In this document: in pieces, positions 36,653-50,129 of the stretch | Layout of the letters: each line of letters begins with the position of its first letter | How positions within the stretch are numbered: position 1 is the stretch's first letter | NCBI RefSeq assembly: GCF_006345805.1 | Contig: NC_043026.1 | Coordinates: 3,410,001 to 3,474,000 of the forward strand | Length of the DNA: 64,000 bases | Direction of reading: 5' to 3' | DNA from: Octopus sinensis | Lineage: Eukaryota | Notes under the pieces: generated by a model | The model's input: only the letters and a program-made list of their open reading frames with translations | What the model was told of the DNA's origin: nothing | The model's database searches: none | Position numbers and translations under genes: made by a program

Positions 36653-39600
36653 CCTTCCCTTTATATCGTTACGTAGATGCATCAGGACCTCTGTATTTAA
36701 GTAGTACCACTCTTTCTATATTTGTTCTTGTTTTAATTTATTGGCATATTGTTTCCTTTTCTTCTTTCTTCCTTTCTTTGTTGAGTGTTTTCTGCTTATT
36801 TCTGTTAGTTCTGCATTTTATATTTTTGTGTCTATTCGTGAAATAATGTACTCTCGTCCATATCTCTTGCCCAATGTTGCAGAATATTCTTGTTCGTATC
36901 GTCATGCTTCTTCGTCGTCGTCTTCCGCTAAATTGCCGCCGTTAAAGATGTCAGCATATAAGAATTCATCAGTGTTAAAATGGTCTTCGTCTTTTCTGTC
37001 GCCTTCAGTGAATTTGCCCTCGCTAAATACATTTCCGTTCTCGTCAATGTCACCGCCTGCGTTCTCAGTGTCTGTATCAACGTTACCTAAAATATATAAA
37101 ACGTCAGATGACTATCTAGACACCATTAAACGCAGGGCTCATTACTTTACTCTTTTCAGGAATCCTACTCCCTGTCCCACCTCTAAGGTACCCGCTGAGT
37201 CAAAGATACGCCTCAACAGGAAACTGTATCCACTTCCAACCCAGAAATTCAACCAGAAGAAAGTTGTGAAGTTTTACCCACTGGACACTGTCTACGAGAT
37301 ACCTACTTTGGAGGAACTGCAGAGCGAGAAGAAGGAGCCGAAACGACCGACCCATGGAAGGAAGAGCTGAAGAGACAGCAAATGGTAGGTTTTTGATTTT
37401 TGTTGTTTATTTTTTTCTAATGGTAAGTATGTTGTAGCATTTATTATTCTATTATTTTTTGTTCTTCGTTTATTTTTCTGCATTTCTTACTTTATTTTTA
37501 CTTTTTGTGTTTCTCCCTGCTGAGGTTTATTCGCGTATTTAGACTGTATGTATGTACGCGTGAATGTAAACACACACAGACACACACTTTTTTTTATTCT
37601 TTTACTTGTTATAGTCATTAGACCAACGTTCCATGTGGCAGGCTTTGGCATGAAACCAATGGTTACCTTGTTAGCCCACAAATAAAGAGAACTTATCTAC
37701 CAATGCAGTGTTGAGCCCTCATTCTCACTGTTCCATATTAGCGAGTCAGTTGAATTAGGTACTTAAGTTGAAGCACCAAATCAGTGCGGTATTATCCGTA
37801 CAACTCAAATAGGTGAATAAAATCAAAATAAGCAACAGGATATCAAGGAGTGATGCAGTACGACCGTTTCAAACGTCTTCATTTAATTGAACAAGGCAAT
37901 CATTTCATCAATTTAAATGCAGGGCTATTCTCAGCTGCATAAATAAATGAATAGAATTTTGAATCAGTAGGACGCTTATTTTGATTATATATATATATGT
38001 TTTTTCCATGGTTAGTAAGTATTATGTCTAAAATTTTCTTTTAATTCAACTCATTAAAATAATCACCACTTACTAGCTAATTATGATTATATATTAATAG
38101 AAATAATATATATTTATATAAATATGAAATGATTTCTATATCTTTTATCCTTATATAAGATACCCTATATAAGATACTAAAATTTACTGAAATCATTTAG
38201 AAACTTGTCTGAAGAATATTTACTTAAATTTCTGAATATAGAATCTGAATGTCAAATGGTAGTTAGGCATTAAAACCTCTAGAGCACTAATAGTCTATCT
38301 TCCCTTACCCTTCTAACTTCAACATACTAGCTTTTTGCTATAGGTCATTCAAATGTATCTGGGCTGGGTTCCTCAGAATAAGAATAGATTTATTGGTTTT
38401 GACATTTGTTGTACCCTTTCCTATATTCATAAATAGAAAAATTCTTTGTCTCCATCCAACCAAAAATAAAATCCCCCTCACCACTGACAGATCTACAGTC
38501 AGAGAGTAGATTTAATACAATTTCTGAAATTTATTTAGCAAATTCTAACTTCAGCAGCAATATTTTAAGTTCTTGCTCTTCTTGTTCTGTACTTTTCCAG
38601 GATTAATCACTTCTTGTTCTGTACTTTTCCATGTTCAATATTTAAGAATATTCTAGGATTCTGCACCTGCATTTTTGATTTTAGTTCACTGTCTTTCCAG
38701 GCAGCACTTCTGTTATTATAATTATGATATTTACCTTTATAACTGAAAAAAATGATACTATGGTAAATATTTTTTTAAATATTTGTTTAAACTTAGAAAT
38801 TTTGTTTGCATATAAAAATATCAAAGGATTAACAGCAGCATATCTCTTACAAATAAACACATTTTTAAACAATTTTTATTATAAAATAATGCTATATTCT
38901 AATTAAATAATTAATAATTAGGTTTTTTCATGAGTGAAATATTTTTTTATATGTTTATATGTACATGATTTAATAATTTAACAAAAAAATAAAAATTAAT
39001 ATAAAATTGCAAAAAAAAAATCATAACTATTTTTAGGTTTAATATTTTTAGACAAAACTTTTTCCCAAAAATTCATCTGGATGAACTCTTTCATTTGAGT
39101 TCAAATAATATTTTTCTCTTAAAAGGATAAAAGTATTTTGATTTCTTAAAATTATCCCCTTCTTTTTACACTGAACGCCAAACAACAGCTAATATTTTTT
39201 GTCAAGGTTTTTCACCATAGACAAAGTTTCCTCTTACAGAGCTCTTTCATCTGAACTAAACCCAAACATAGAATAGCTCTGAAAACAGCTTGGAAAGTTG
39301 ACTAAATTCCCTTAGAAAAACGTTAAAAAAATAGCAACCATTGCCACTGCAGAGAATCAAATGTGTACTTCTCAAAAACTCCAGTTAAGTCTGCTGAATT
39401 ATTAATCTAAGCAACATAATACATTAGATACCATCTTTTATAACGTTAAATATCTTAAAATGACAAAAATATTTTAATCTTTTAAAATATCACTTCTTTT
39501 TCTCAGCCACAGACAAATCGGTGCCTGTTTCCCATCGTAACAAGCAAAGCTGTTGTCTGCTTAAAGCTACAATACTTATGTTCTGAACCTTTGTTTTAGA

Positions 39601-41029
39601 AAAAAACATATTGTTTTTTTCAAATTTGGTGTATTGATGTACTCTTTCATGTTGAATCTGATTTTGTTATTCATTTGTTCCAGAAAAAGTTTAGGAAAAC
39701 TTTCACTAAAATTCTGTTACTAATTAATTAACCCCAGGTTATCCACTAGTCAGATTGACCCTAAATGCCAACCCATAGTCCTAACTCTAACCCTAAACCC
39801 TAAACTCCATTGCTAAACCCTAACTCTAATCCTTGTGTATCTCAAACTTTCATTGTAGAATAATGTACAATTTGTTTTCCTGTAATTTTTCCAAAAAAAA
39901 TTTATGGATAATTTTTCCTTCTCCAGTGTTTCGCTTGACTTGATTCATTTAAACTTATTCAAATTTCAAAACTTCTTACAACTTATCGTTTTCTAAATTC
40001 TGTTTTCTGATTAAGAATAATCAAACTTTAAACCTCTTTAACATTTCTCTAAAATTTTTCTGGAAAAAGTGAAATTCTTTTCTGGTTGGTTTTCACTTCT
40101 TAAAAATTTTTAAATTGAGTGAAAATGTTTAAATTTGATATACTGATGTAATTTTTCTCACTAAACCTGATGTTGTTATTCAGTTGTTCCAGAAAAATTT
40201 TAGAAAAATCTAGAAAAGAAATCTCGAATGCAGTGGAGAAGTGAAAACAGCTAAGATCGATAAAATACTCTTAGAAAATGAAAACAGAAAACTTTATACC
40301 AAGCCACTACAGAGAAACCGTATCATTTAAAAAACAGATAAGCATACTGTACCATTAAGCTACATGAACTATTACATCTGATACCAACTTTTATAATGTT
40401 AAATATCTTAAAATGACCAAAATATTTTCATTTGTGTAAACAATCACCTTTTTTTTTGTCAGTTAAAGATACACCACTTTTTTGATGCTAATATTTTTTG
40501 ATGATTCATTTGAACACAACTGTTGTATAATTTTCTTCAATATTAGTTGATATATTTTGATTCAAAGTCAATCTTGGGTGTTACTTACCATATTTCATTA
40601 CTTAAAGTCACAACTTTTCTCCTTGCTGATACTTTTTAACAAGGTTTTCACCAAAAGATTCTCCTCAATGAACACAGTCTTTTAAACCCAATTAATTTAT
40701 TCACCCACAGTCATGGGTGAATGATTCTGCTAGAGAGTGGACTTGAGGGTTATAACCTTTATGTGCTCCTCCACCATTGCCACCAGTTTTGTCTGGCCCC
40801 TGTTGGGGCTGATACATTGCTAACTCCTATTTTGGTCACCAGTCTTCTCTATAAATAGTTAAGTCATAAGAGAACCTTGGGATGTGCAAGTAATAGTAGC
40901 CACAGTTTTAGCTTCTGCTTTACTGTTACGAACAGCAATAACTATCCAGTGTCATTTACCTCTTGTTATGAAGTCCATTTGTTCCTGCAAGAATTTTTTC
41001 AGTTGTGCTGCACTGGGACACTGTTGTTT

Positions 41030-41415
41030 TCTTTCATTTGTGTGAATGTATTTATAACTCTGAGCACCTTTTCGAACTCCACCTGTCTAACACCCGTGGA
41101 CATGTTTACAAAGTCAGAAAACAGCACAGCTCCCATGACTTTCGGAAACATTTTTTCACACTAAGAGTTGCTGAAGCATGGAACAAACTGCCGGCATCAG
41201 TTGTTAGTTGTCGGAGCACTGCATCCTTCAAAACTTCCATGCTTTCTGAGATTCACCAACACTACACCTGATCTTCTCCCCTCCATACACACACAAGCAT
41301 GTATCTGACTCATATACTGTTCACTTTCCAGACATTTGTACATTACTGCATATGCTTTATATGCACTTTTGACAAGTTGTGGTGCACCTGAGCACTATAT
41401 AATAATTTCATTATT
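41030..41415 (+). mobile_element. CR1/L2-type LINE 3' end
   Basis: TRGHVYKVRKQHSSHDFRKHFFTLRVAEAWNKLP, the classic CR1 ORF2 terminus, followed by the tail. Confidence 0.88.
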
Positions 41416-42546
41416 TTTTTATAAATAATGTGTTTTTTCTTCTTGCTTTATTTATTTTCTGGTGCACGTATCACAACGACTGGAAGCTTCATGAATCCTG
41501 GGATATAATATCACATTTATATTCTTTTTACTTCTTGCCTTTCTGCTGCATCCGTGGCAATGCAACACAAGATCAGTAGCATAACCTGACCGGGTCCTCA
41601 ACAACAGAAAATAACAAAACCGGAGCAGTGAGCATATATGGAAGTGGTGAGGTGTCGTTGGTGGTGCCCAGCATGGAGGGGATGTTGAGTCAAGGTCGAG
41701 GGTCAATGAGGAGGAAGTAAAGAGAAGCAGGTGGTTGATCATAGAGCGCATAAGCATGAGCAACAGTGTCCGCAGTACGAAATCAGCCAGTAGGGCAGCA
41801 ACAGATTGCAAGCTTCCATAGCATACCAACTGATGGAGGTGGTCATGGGAATGCATTGGGGGACACAATGATGATATTGTTGGACTAGAAGCAAGGCAGA
41901 GGTGTAGTCTTCACAGCTGTGGCAGCGGATGAGGTCATAGCCATGACATCAAGGCGAAGGTGAGGAGTCTGAATGTGAAAAATGATGAATGACCAGAGAT
42001 GCTGTCAGCGGTGCATATGATGGTGAGGAGCAGGCAAGCATGAATGAGTGTATGAGCAAGCGTGGTGGCTGCCTGGGTGCAAGGCGGAGTGCAACAATGA
42101 CAGCGAAGGTGAGGGCGCTCATGTGCCGATGTATGAGGTAGTGGCAGCACACTGAGGACTTGCTGACCTTGTAAGGTCAAGAGGCATGTATCGATTTATC
42201 AGAAAAGACGAGGACTGTAAATGTTTGAAATAATCAGCAAATATTTTGAGAATTGTGAAATGAAAAATTGCACTTAGAAATTTTCCTCACTCACACTTAT
42301 CAGATTGAGAAATTATGGGTTAATACACATTTACTAATAGCTGTGAAGATTATATTTACCCTGCATTTCACTGTAGTGTAAATCTTTGTCAAGAAAACAT
42401 GAGAAACGAAAATGTTGGAAATCAGTCACAAACTTTTTGAAAATTTCCAGTTGAAAAATTGTATTTCATTAGGTTATTATCTGAAATAGAATACCCGCAT
42501 ATCAATTAATCCCATTAAATTGAATTAATATTTGTATATATATATC

Positions 42547-42602
<56 letters not shown>

Positions 42603-42627
42603 ATATATTATATATATATATATACAA

Positions 42628-42687
<60 letters not shown>

Positions 42688-42689
<2 letters not shown>

Positions 42690-42895
42690 ACGGGAAGCTT
42701 TATGAAAATAGACAAAAGACGAAGGCAGGTTTACGGAAATAAACAAAAGACGAAGGCAGGTGGAATACAAACAAACAATTGTATTAGTATGGCGCTCAGG
42801 AAATATAAATAAAACAAGTCTTTAACGTTTCGAGCCTATGCTCTTCAACAGAAAGATACACAGAGAAGAAACACAGAAAGAAGGAGAGAAAAAAA
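42688..42895 (-). mobile_element. Penelope-like pLTR remnant inserted in (TA)n
   Basis: Plus-strand aacgtttcgagcctatgctcttcaacaga hallmark; ~31-bp tandem duplication of caaaagacgaaggcaggt. Confidence 0.65.
42819..42856 (-). ncRNA. Minimal type I hammerhead ribozyme, variant core
   Basis: Minus strand: ucuuu CUGUUGA a gagc-auag-gcuc GAAA CGUU aaaga. Stem I 5 bp, stem II 4 bp, palindromic ACGU stem III; core has U at A6. Confidence 0.65.
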
Positions 42896-43039
42896 ATGCA
42901 TGCAGAGGCTAGCGAATCAACATGGCAATATATATATATAGATATATATATACATACAACATACATATTTTTTCTTTTTGTAGTTTCAGCTCAGATTTGT
43001 GACCATGCTGGAGCACTGCCGTTTGCTACTCTGTTATTA

Positions 43040-44330
43040 CTGAGAGTCTCCTCTAATATGTGGCACTTGGTGAAGAATGGAGTTTGATGTTGCTTATCCT
43101 CATTTGCACCTCTTGCCATGAGGTAGGTTCATCTGGGACTCTCGACAGGAAGAGGTCCAGCTTTGATTTTAAAACCCCTACATCCACTTTGTGCAGGCTC
43201 CTCAGGCTCTTTGGGAGAATATTAAAAAGCTGTGAGCTCCTGAAGCCCAGGCTATTGCAGTAGTTGGTCCTGAAGCGTGACGGCATTGCTGGGATCTTTG
43301 GCACTATGCAGTGTCGTCCCGTTCTAGCATTGGTGTAGCTTACAATGCCAAAATTTGGCACAATTCCTTCCAGGATCTTCCAGATATATATTACTGCATA
43401 CCTCTCCCGTCTTCTCTCCGGGGAGTAGCGTCTTAGCTGTTTCAACCTTTCCCAGTAGCTGAGCTGTTGCAAAGAGATAATCTTTGTGAATCTTCTCTGG
43501 ATTGCTTCACGGTCCGCTGTTAATTTTACACTGGTGGGTGACCATAGCTGTGAGCAGTAATCCAAACGGCTGAGGACGAATGTCCGCCAGAGAACCATCA
43601 TGATTTCCTTATCTCTGGTTCTGAATGTTCTTAGGATCCATCCAGCCAGTCGTCTGCACTTATCGCCATCCTGGTAATGTGCACTTGGAAAGAGGTATCC
43701 TCACTCATGTCGATACCCAGGTCCCTCACAGACTTAGGCTCTGGGATTGAAATTCCCTGTGGACCGGTGTATCCTGTAAGTTTAATATTCAGTTTTGGAT
43801 GCTGATAGCACAGGGCCTGGAATTTTTCAGCATTAAACTGCATATTATTATCCTCAGCCCATCTGTAGATTGAGTCCAACTCCTACTGCAGGTGTGCAAC
43901 ATCGCTGGGGTTCTGTATTTTCTGCGAGACTTTCGTATCATCTGCATAGCTTGCCAGCGTGTCTACCCGGACATTTGAGGGCATATCTGAGAGGGCTACT
44001 ATAAAAAGTAGTGGTCCCAAGACAGTGCCCTGTGGAACACCGCTCACTATTTGTGTGTTCATAGAGGTGGCTCCATTAACCACTACTGCCTGACTCCTAT
44101 CTTTCAGAAAGTCATGTAACCACACTCCAAGTTTTCCAGCTATGCCGAGGTCACGCAGTTTGTGGCATATCATACCATGATCCACCTTGTCAAAAGCTTT
44201 TGCAAAATCAAGGTAGATTACGTCCACATTTGATTTGTTGAGTAACTGCCTCAACACCCAGTCATAATGTTGTAAGAGCTGGGTCAGGCAGCTCTTACCT
44301 TGTCAAAAACCATGCTGGGTATCACTCAGC
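43040..44330 (-). mobile_element. CR1-group LINE RT, fragmented
   Basis: QHGF..GKSCLTQLL, VIYLDFAKAFDKVDH, SGVPQGTVLGPLLF, YADDTK, RDLGI, FVLSRLDYCSQLWSP. Confidence 0.92.
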
Positions 44331-46645
44331 ATGGAAAAATTACCATCAGAGCAAGCCGAGCTGTGCCTGAAAAATATATGGGGAGATGTCAGCTTTGTCT
44401 GCCATGCCCCAAAGTTTGGCTACATCAAGGTCATATTCCAGTCGGAATCACTAACACATAAACATTCAACTGTCCCATTAAAAATGGAAGAGTTCTCTTT
44501 AATTGCTATCTATCTGGGACAGAGAGTGATCCAAATAAATATAAGTAAAATACCACCAGAAATCGATTTCTGGTGGGTAGTGAAAGCCATGGTGCTGGAA
44601 GATTCTAGAAGCCTCCTAGAAATAAAAAAAATCCCAAAGGATGAACTAGGGTGGGACAGGGTCAAAAATTCTACTGCAAGTAAAACCAGAAACTATAGAG
44701 AAAATTCCCGACATAATAGAAATCCCTGGAGGCAAGCATCTTCAGGTAATCGTGGAGGGAAGAAGGCCACGGTGTTACTTCTGTGGTGATTCAGGCCAGG
44801 TCAGAGTCTATAGTCTGAGGGAAAGAAGAAAAGGGGAAAAAAATGATCCACAGCAACCATTAACACCACTGCAACCACAATAACAACAGACACCACAAGA
44901 AGGGCAGCAACAGAGACAATTGGACATAACAACATTCACAAAAACCACAACAGCGCCGGCAGCAGCTGCAGCTACAACATCGACTGGAATGGAAACAACT
45001 GCATAATGTCAAGCAGAATGCACAGCAGCAGCAGCAACAGGGAACCCCCCCCCACCAAAAATAATGACAACACTGTTAACAGCGCCAACAGTAAAACAAA
45101 TACCTGCAGAAGAAATACCCGTCCCCTATTCAGCTAAGGAAAATGAGAGAAATAAGGAGGGACAGGCATGTGAAAGAGTCACAGGGAAAGGAAGGAAAAG
45201 ACGGAAGAGCACAAACGATAACCAGAAAAGAAAAACGTACAAGAAAATGGAGGAGGGAACGTGCAGTAACAATAGCACACCATGCATACACACACAAACA
45301 CAGAGGCAACAATAACATCATCCCCACCACTACCATCACAAACACAACATAGCCTCCATACACAACAGACGGACTTCATTCCACCAAATGACCATAAACC
45401 AGACATTATTAATCTCATGGCTATAAGTACAAAAAGTAATGAATTAATAGAACACATCCAATTATGTCAGACACGCTTGGAGGACTTCCTTGGAATTTCT
45501 CGCTCCTTAGAGTTAGTGGACGACTTTAATGCCATCTTGGATGCACGTGTGGATTGGGTGGGACTACCTGACATGAAAGTTGGGGTGCGTAAGCTTCACA
45601 AACCTTCTCATTCGTTTCCAATTAGCTGACAGTTTCAGACTGGATTTTCCAAATGCCTCACGGTGGACATGGGCAAATAGTGTTGGGACATCCGGATCTT
45701 ATCAAAACAAGGTATTTTGTAGGCCAGCAGATAAGGATAGCATAGGTTGTCCACAATTTTAAGTTGTCAACTATATGGATCCACAAAATTGTGATCTGTA
45801 TGGTCGACCTAGGTAGTTCCCATACGTAGGACTCCGGATACTGGAAGCTAAACACGTCTTTCCTGGCATTCCAAGTTTTCAGAGACCAGATTAATAAGTT
45901 AGTCGACTGAAAATTGACGTGTGCAGTCGTCAATAACCGATGGTGGGCAGTCCTAAAATGGGTGGTTAGAGTAGAAGTGGTAGGATTTAACAGGTAATTA
46001 GCGACAGAAAATACTAGAGAAGCGGGAGAACTCGTTAGGAAATAAGAAGAGTCACTCAGTAATGGCATAGCGACTGACGTGCCGGTAGCGAGATTGAACC
46101 AATTCTTCAACACCAAGCATGAAGATTGCATTGTCAGCGCTAAGGTAAGTGCTTTACGATAGGAGGGAATGAAAGCCATTCGATGGGCCCGGGTGGCCGA
46201 GGTGCATCATGTCCCTAAAACTACAATTTGGTGTTTGATGGTTTGGGACGAGTGCTTGTTACACGATTCCAAGCAGATTTGTACGGAATTTCAGTGGCAC
46301 TTTGCTGAACTATACGAGGCGCACAGTGGTTCGGAGGCGAAGGTGAACTTCACCTCCTACCTCGATGGACTGCTGCGGCTTTTGGCCAAGGATGTGGAGT
46401 TCTGCGAAATTCCGATAACAGCGGAAGGTATACGTGAGACGCACTGGACACTTGCAGGAAGGAGAAGTCTCCGGGATTGGATGGTTTGCCCTTCGAAATT
46501 TATATTCATATGCTAGACTTGTCTGGTGAGATTTTGCAAGATGTCTACCGCAACAGGCAGCAGAACTGTGAGCCGAGGTGTCGTGATGCCATTGAGGAAG
46601 GATCCAAACAAGGGGGACATTGTTGATAACTTTCGGCCTGTAACT
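44331..46645 (+). mobile_element. Tx1/L1-type LINE: ORF1 (with degenerate zinc knuckle) and ORF2 APE region, decayed
   Basis: ORF1 44331-44789 followed by RCYFCGDSGQ; APE motifs VDDFNAILD and RWTW; GVVMPLRKDPNKGDIVDNFRPVTLL. Confidence 0.75.
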
Positions 46646-46899
46646 CTGCTAACAAGCCTATCGTGTATATGTGTGTGTGTTTATCTCCTCCCCTCACCAG
46701 CACTTGACAACCGATGTCTCTATGTTTACGTCTACGTCACTTAGTAGTTCGGCAAAGACGACCGATAGGTTAAGTACAAGGCATAGAGGGAATAAGTCCT
46801 GGTGTCGATTTCTTTGATTAAAAGAACCCTTCAAGGCGGTGCTCCAGCATGGCCTCAGTCAAAATGACTTAAGTACAAAAATAAAGAATATCCATACAA

Positions 46900-47245
46900 T
46901 ACATAGGAGACTTTAAAATGTCGTGTCCACCCGTTGTTTTCCCCTCCCGTTTAAAGGAAGGTGGTGGAACAATATTTACGATAGACTCGGCCGATAGGCG
47001 GGCCCGACCTACACGTGACAACAGTTGTTCGACGAAGGTCCACAGCTCTGAAATATCTGGACACTGCACGAGTGCGTGCAGAACGGTTTCATCGCTCTGA
47101 CCGGATCTTGGGCAGGTCGGTCCGGTGATGGTTTTCGAACCGTGCCTGTAGCTCTTCTCTCGAACAGGTAGTGTTCTAATTTTTGTTTCTGATCTCTCTC
47201 TGACCCCTTTCTTTCTCAAAGTTTTCCGCACTTAAAGTAATTTTT
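46900..47245 (-). mobile_element. Tx1-type ORF2 C-terminal zinc finger fragment
   Basis: TLPVREK...GPTCPRSGQSDETVLHALVQCP..SELW (degenerate CCHC). Confidence 0.7.
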
Positions 47246-47297
47246 GTGTAGGTGGAGGCGGGGTGGGGAGACAGATGAACGATGTCTCATTCTCTGC

Positions 47298-47373
<76 letters not shown>

Positions 47374-47377
<4 letters not shown>

Positions 47378-48385
47378 ACGAATCACCTGCCGTCGCTCAA
47401 ACTCTTCGGAAAAAACCCCGGGACCCTACCAAGTCGAGCGACGATGATTTACTGACCCGATCGATCGGTGAACTCGCCACGGACTCAGAGAGAGAGAATT
47501 TGGCGGGGGAAGGCGGCAGCGAACCCGGCAACCGGCGACCGGAGATAACAACAACAACAACAACAGGAAGAGACACAAAGAGAGACGGCGGAAGGCAATT
47601 GGCTACATTTAACAACAGTAGTTTATAACTATTACATCAAATACATCGAAGAAAATACATGCAAGAAAGCAACAAATTAAAGCATGAAGATACAATATAC
47701 AGTTCAGAGTTCCATTAATGTTCAGATCAATTTAAAACAAATAACGTTCACATTAACGATACAGTTCAATACATTAGAGTCTTTCTCCTTCTTTCTTTCT
47801 CTTTTTTTAAACACATCTACATTTCACAATGTCTTTACACAGTTCTTTCTTTGCTTTCCGCAATTCTGTAACAGTTCTTTTCACATATCAAAACATAAAT
47901 AAACATACTGTTACGAGCTACTACAATAGCCAGTGCCCTCATACCGTAGTCCCTCTCTCTCGCTCCTTAATCCTATGTGTATGTCCTCCACATTGTCGTT
48001 GCCCCTCGCCGTAATCTTATCTGCCTGTCCTCTTTCACATTCACTGTCATTCTCTCGCTTGTCAGCTCCTCAGATTCCCTGTCTGTCTTCCTCTACGCTG
48101 TCATTCTCTGGCTTGTCAGCTCCTCAGATTCCCTGTCTGTCTTCCTCTACTGACCGCCCTCGTATCAGTCCCGTCTCTGCCTAGAACTTCCGGCTGACTG
48201 TCTTGACTCACAGCTCGTTCGCTTTTTATAGGGTAGCTTCCTCAAACTTTCTTTGACCGGCACAAGGCCAAAGGTCTCTCCAAAAGCCATCAATCTCTCC
48301 AGAATCTGATGGAACAAAGGATTTACTCGCCAGCTCACGAAAAGTCGGTCGCAAACACTGTCCCTGAATTGACCTACTCATAACA
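47374..48385 (-). mobile_element. Solo LTR (~1.0 kb) in (TA)n
   Basis: TGTTA...TAACA termini; atat on both flanks; accctataaaaagc on the minus strand (~48222-48235); internal ~57-bp tandem duplication at ~48040-48150. Confidence 0.7.
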
Positions 48386-49833
48386 ATATATATATAATGA
48401 ACCATTTCTTAAACATACACGATATAGTCTATAAATTTGGGATGTTTTTGAATGATAATATATTTTATCATCAGAATATACTCTTTTTCTCTTTTTCTTT
48501 TTACTTGTTTCAGTCATTTGACTGCGGCCATGCTGGAGCACCGCCTTTAGTCGAGCAAATCGACCCCGGGACTTATTCTTTGTAAGCCCAGTACTTATTC
48601 TATCGGTCTCTTTTGCCGAACCGCTAAGTTACGGGGACGTAAACACACCAGCATCGGTTGTCAAGCAATGCTAGGGGAACAAACACAGACACACAAACAT
48701 ATTCACACACATACATATATATATATATACATATATACGACAGGCTTCTTTCAGTTTCCGTCTACCAAATCCACTCACAAGGCATTGGTCGGCCCGGGGC
48801 TATAGCAGAAGACACGTGCCCAAGATGCCACGCAGTGGGACTGAACCCGGAACCATGTGGTTGGTTAGCAAGCTACTTACCAACCAGGGTCCAGTCTACG
48901 CTACTAGTACCTAAATCCTCATAGAATCGGAATCTACACCATCTGAAGCATATTTGTAGGAAATTCCATGAAAAATATCCATTTTTCTGCAAGATATTAG
49001 GGAAGAAACATATACTTCATAAAGGAACATTTATACACATGTATATTTATATATACCTACATATACACACGTCTTTGTAATGTTTTTTAAACACATAAAA
49101 CTTATAGATGCATACTTTTATAATATTTTACACTTAAACCGCCACAGGACAATATTTTCAGAGTTGCTTCTTAAAGTGTCCTTCACTTTTTTGATGAAAA
49201 ACGATACAAATTTCAGAGTATTTGGCTGTTATTTCTAGCATGCTGTTAGGTCATCTATGGGACAATATTTGACATGGATGATTTGTAAATTGTCCTTCGA
49301 TTTTTATTTGTGATGAAACAAAAATGTGAAGGTTTAGGTGGCTCTTTCTAGCATGAAATGAGACCATATACAGATCAATTTTATTTATGAATACTTCTTA
49401 TCTGTCCTTCAAATTTTATATGAGAAATAAAGTGGTTTCTATTTCTAGCATGAAAAATGACCAGCTATAGGAAAGCTTTTACTGAATACTTCTTAAGTGT
49501 CCTCCTCTTTTGTATGAACCCCAAACAGCAACAACAACAACAACAACCCTACGAGGACGAAAGGCAATGTTTGTGCGTGTGTGCAGTTGGAATGTCACTG
49601 CAACAACAACAACAACAACAATCTATTCTTATTAAACGTTAAAAACTGTCAGATGCAGACTGCACACACGCACACACAACGCTGATGACGACAATGATGA
49701 TGATGATGATGGAGGCGGCGGTGGTGGTCGTCTGCTGTTGTTGTTGTTGTTGGTCGTCTGCCTTTTAATGGAGAATCAATGATTATGAATGTCTCTGGTT
49801 TCGGACCAGACATTCCTATACATACATGCATGC

Positions 49834-49866
<33 letters not shown>

Positions 49867-50129
49867 ATACACACACACACAAACATACATACTTATAGCC
49901 TTATTTCTATACATACATTCGTAAATATGTGTGTATATATATATAAACACATCTATATATACTGTATATAAATATACACACACACACACACAAAGAGAGA
50001 GTGTTGAGGAATGTTACAACAATAAGTGTTAGTGTGTAGAATGCAATGCAGGTTCGATTCCCGGGTGAAGCCATTTACAACAACAACAACAACAACAACA
50101 AGATTGAAGTTTAATATTTCTGGAAATAT

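Noticed and set aside
36741-37159. 5' part of the 209-aa plus-strand ORF
   Set aside because: Non-ATG start; it is the antisense shadow of the acidic minus-strand ORF plus T-rich sequence. Only the 3' exon-like part was kept as a finding.
37855-37895. Hammerhead-like tgaag..gaaacggtcgta on the minus strand
   Set aside because: The CUGA part of the core is missing and stem II is not convincing.
38600-40700. AT-rich region with dispersed internal duplications (39420/40372, 39665/40175)
   Set aside because: Probably old transposon debris; no TIR, TSD or coding motif could be fixed.
41450-42180. GC-richer block with ORFs of 67-138 aa
   Set aside because: No recognisable domain or termini; probably a decayed retroelement but cannot be supported.
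46640-47245. Tx1 5'-inversion (twin priming) joining the plus and minus fragments
   Set aside because: A SINE half intervenes, the RT core is missing, and the geometry and TSDs do not fit; independent fragments are more parsimonious.
50020-50073. tRNA-like ggttcgattcccgggtgaagcca
   Set aside because: Only a B box/T arm; no D arm, anticodon arm or acceptor pairing. SINE heads elsewhere were likewise not called tRNA genes.
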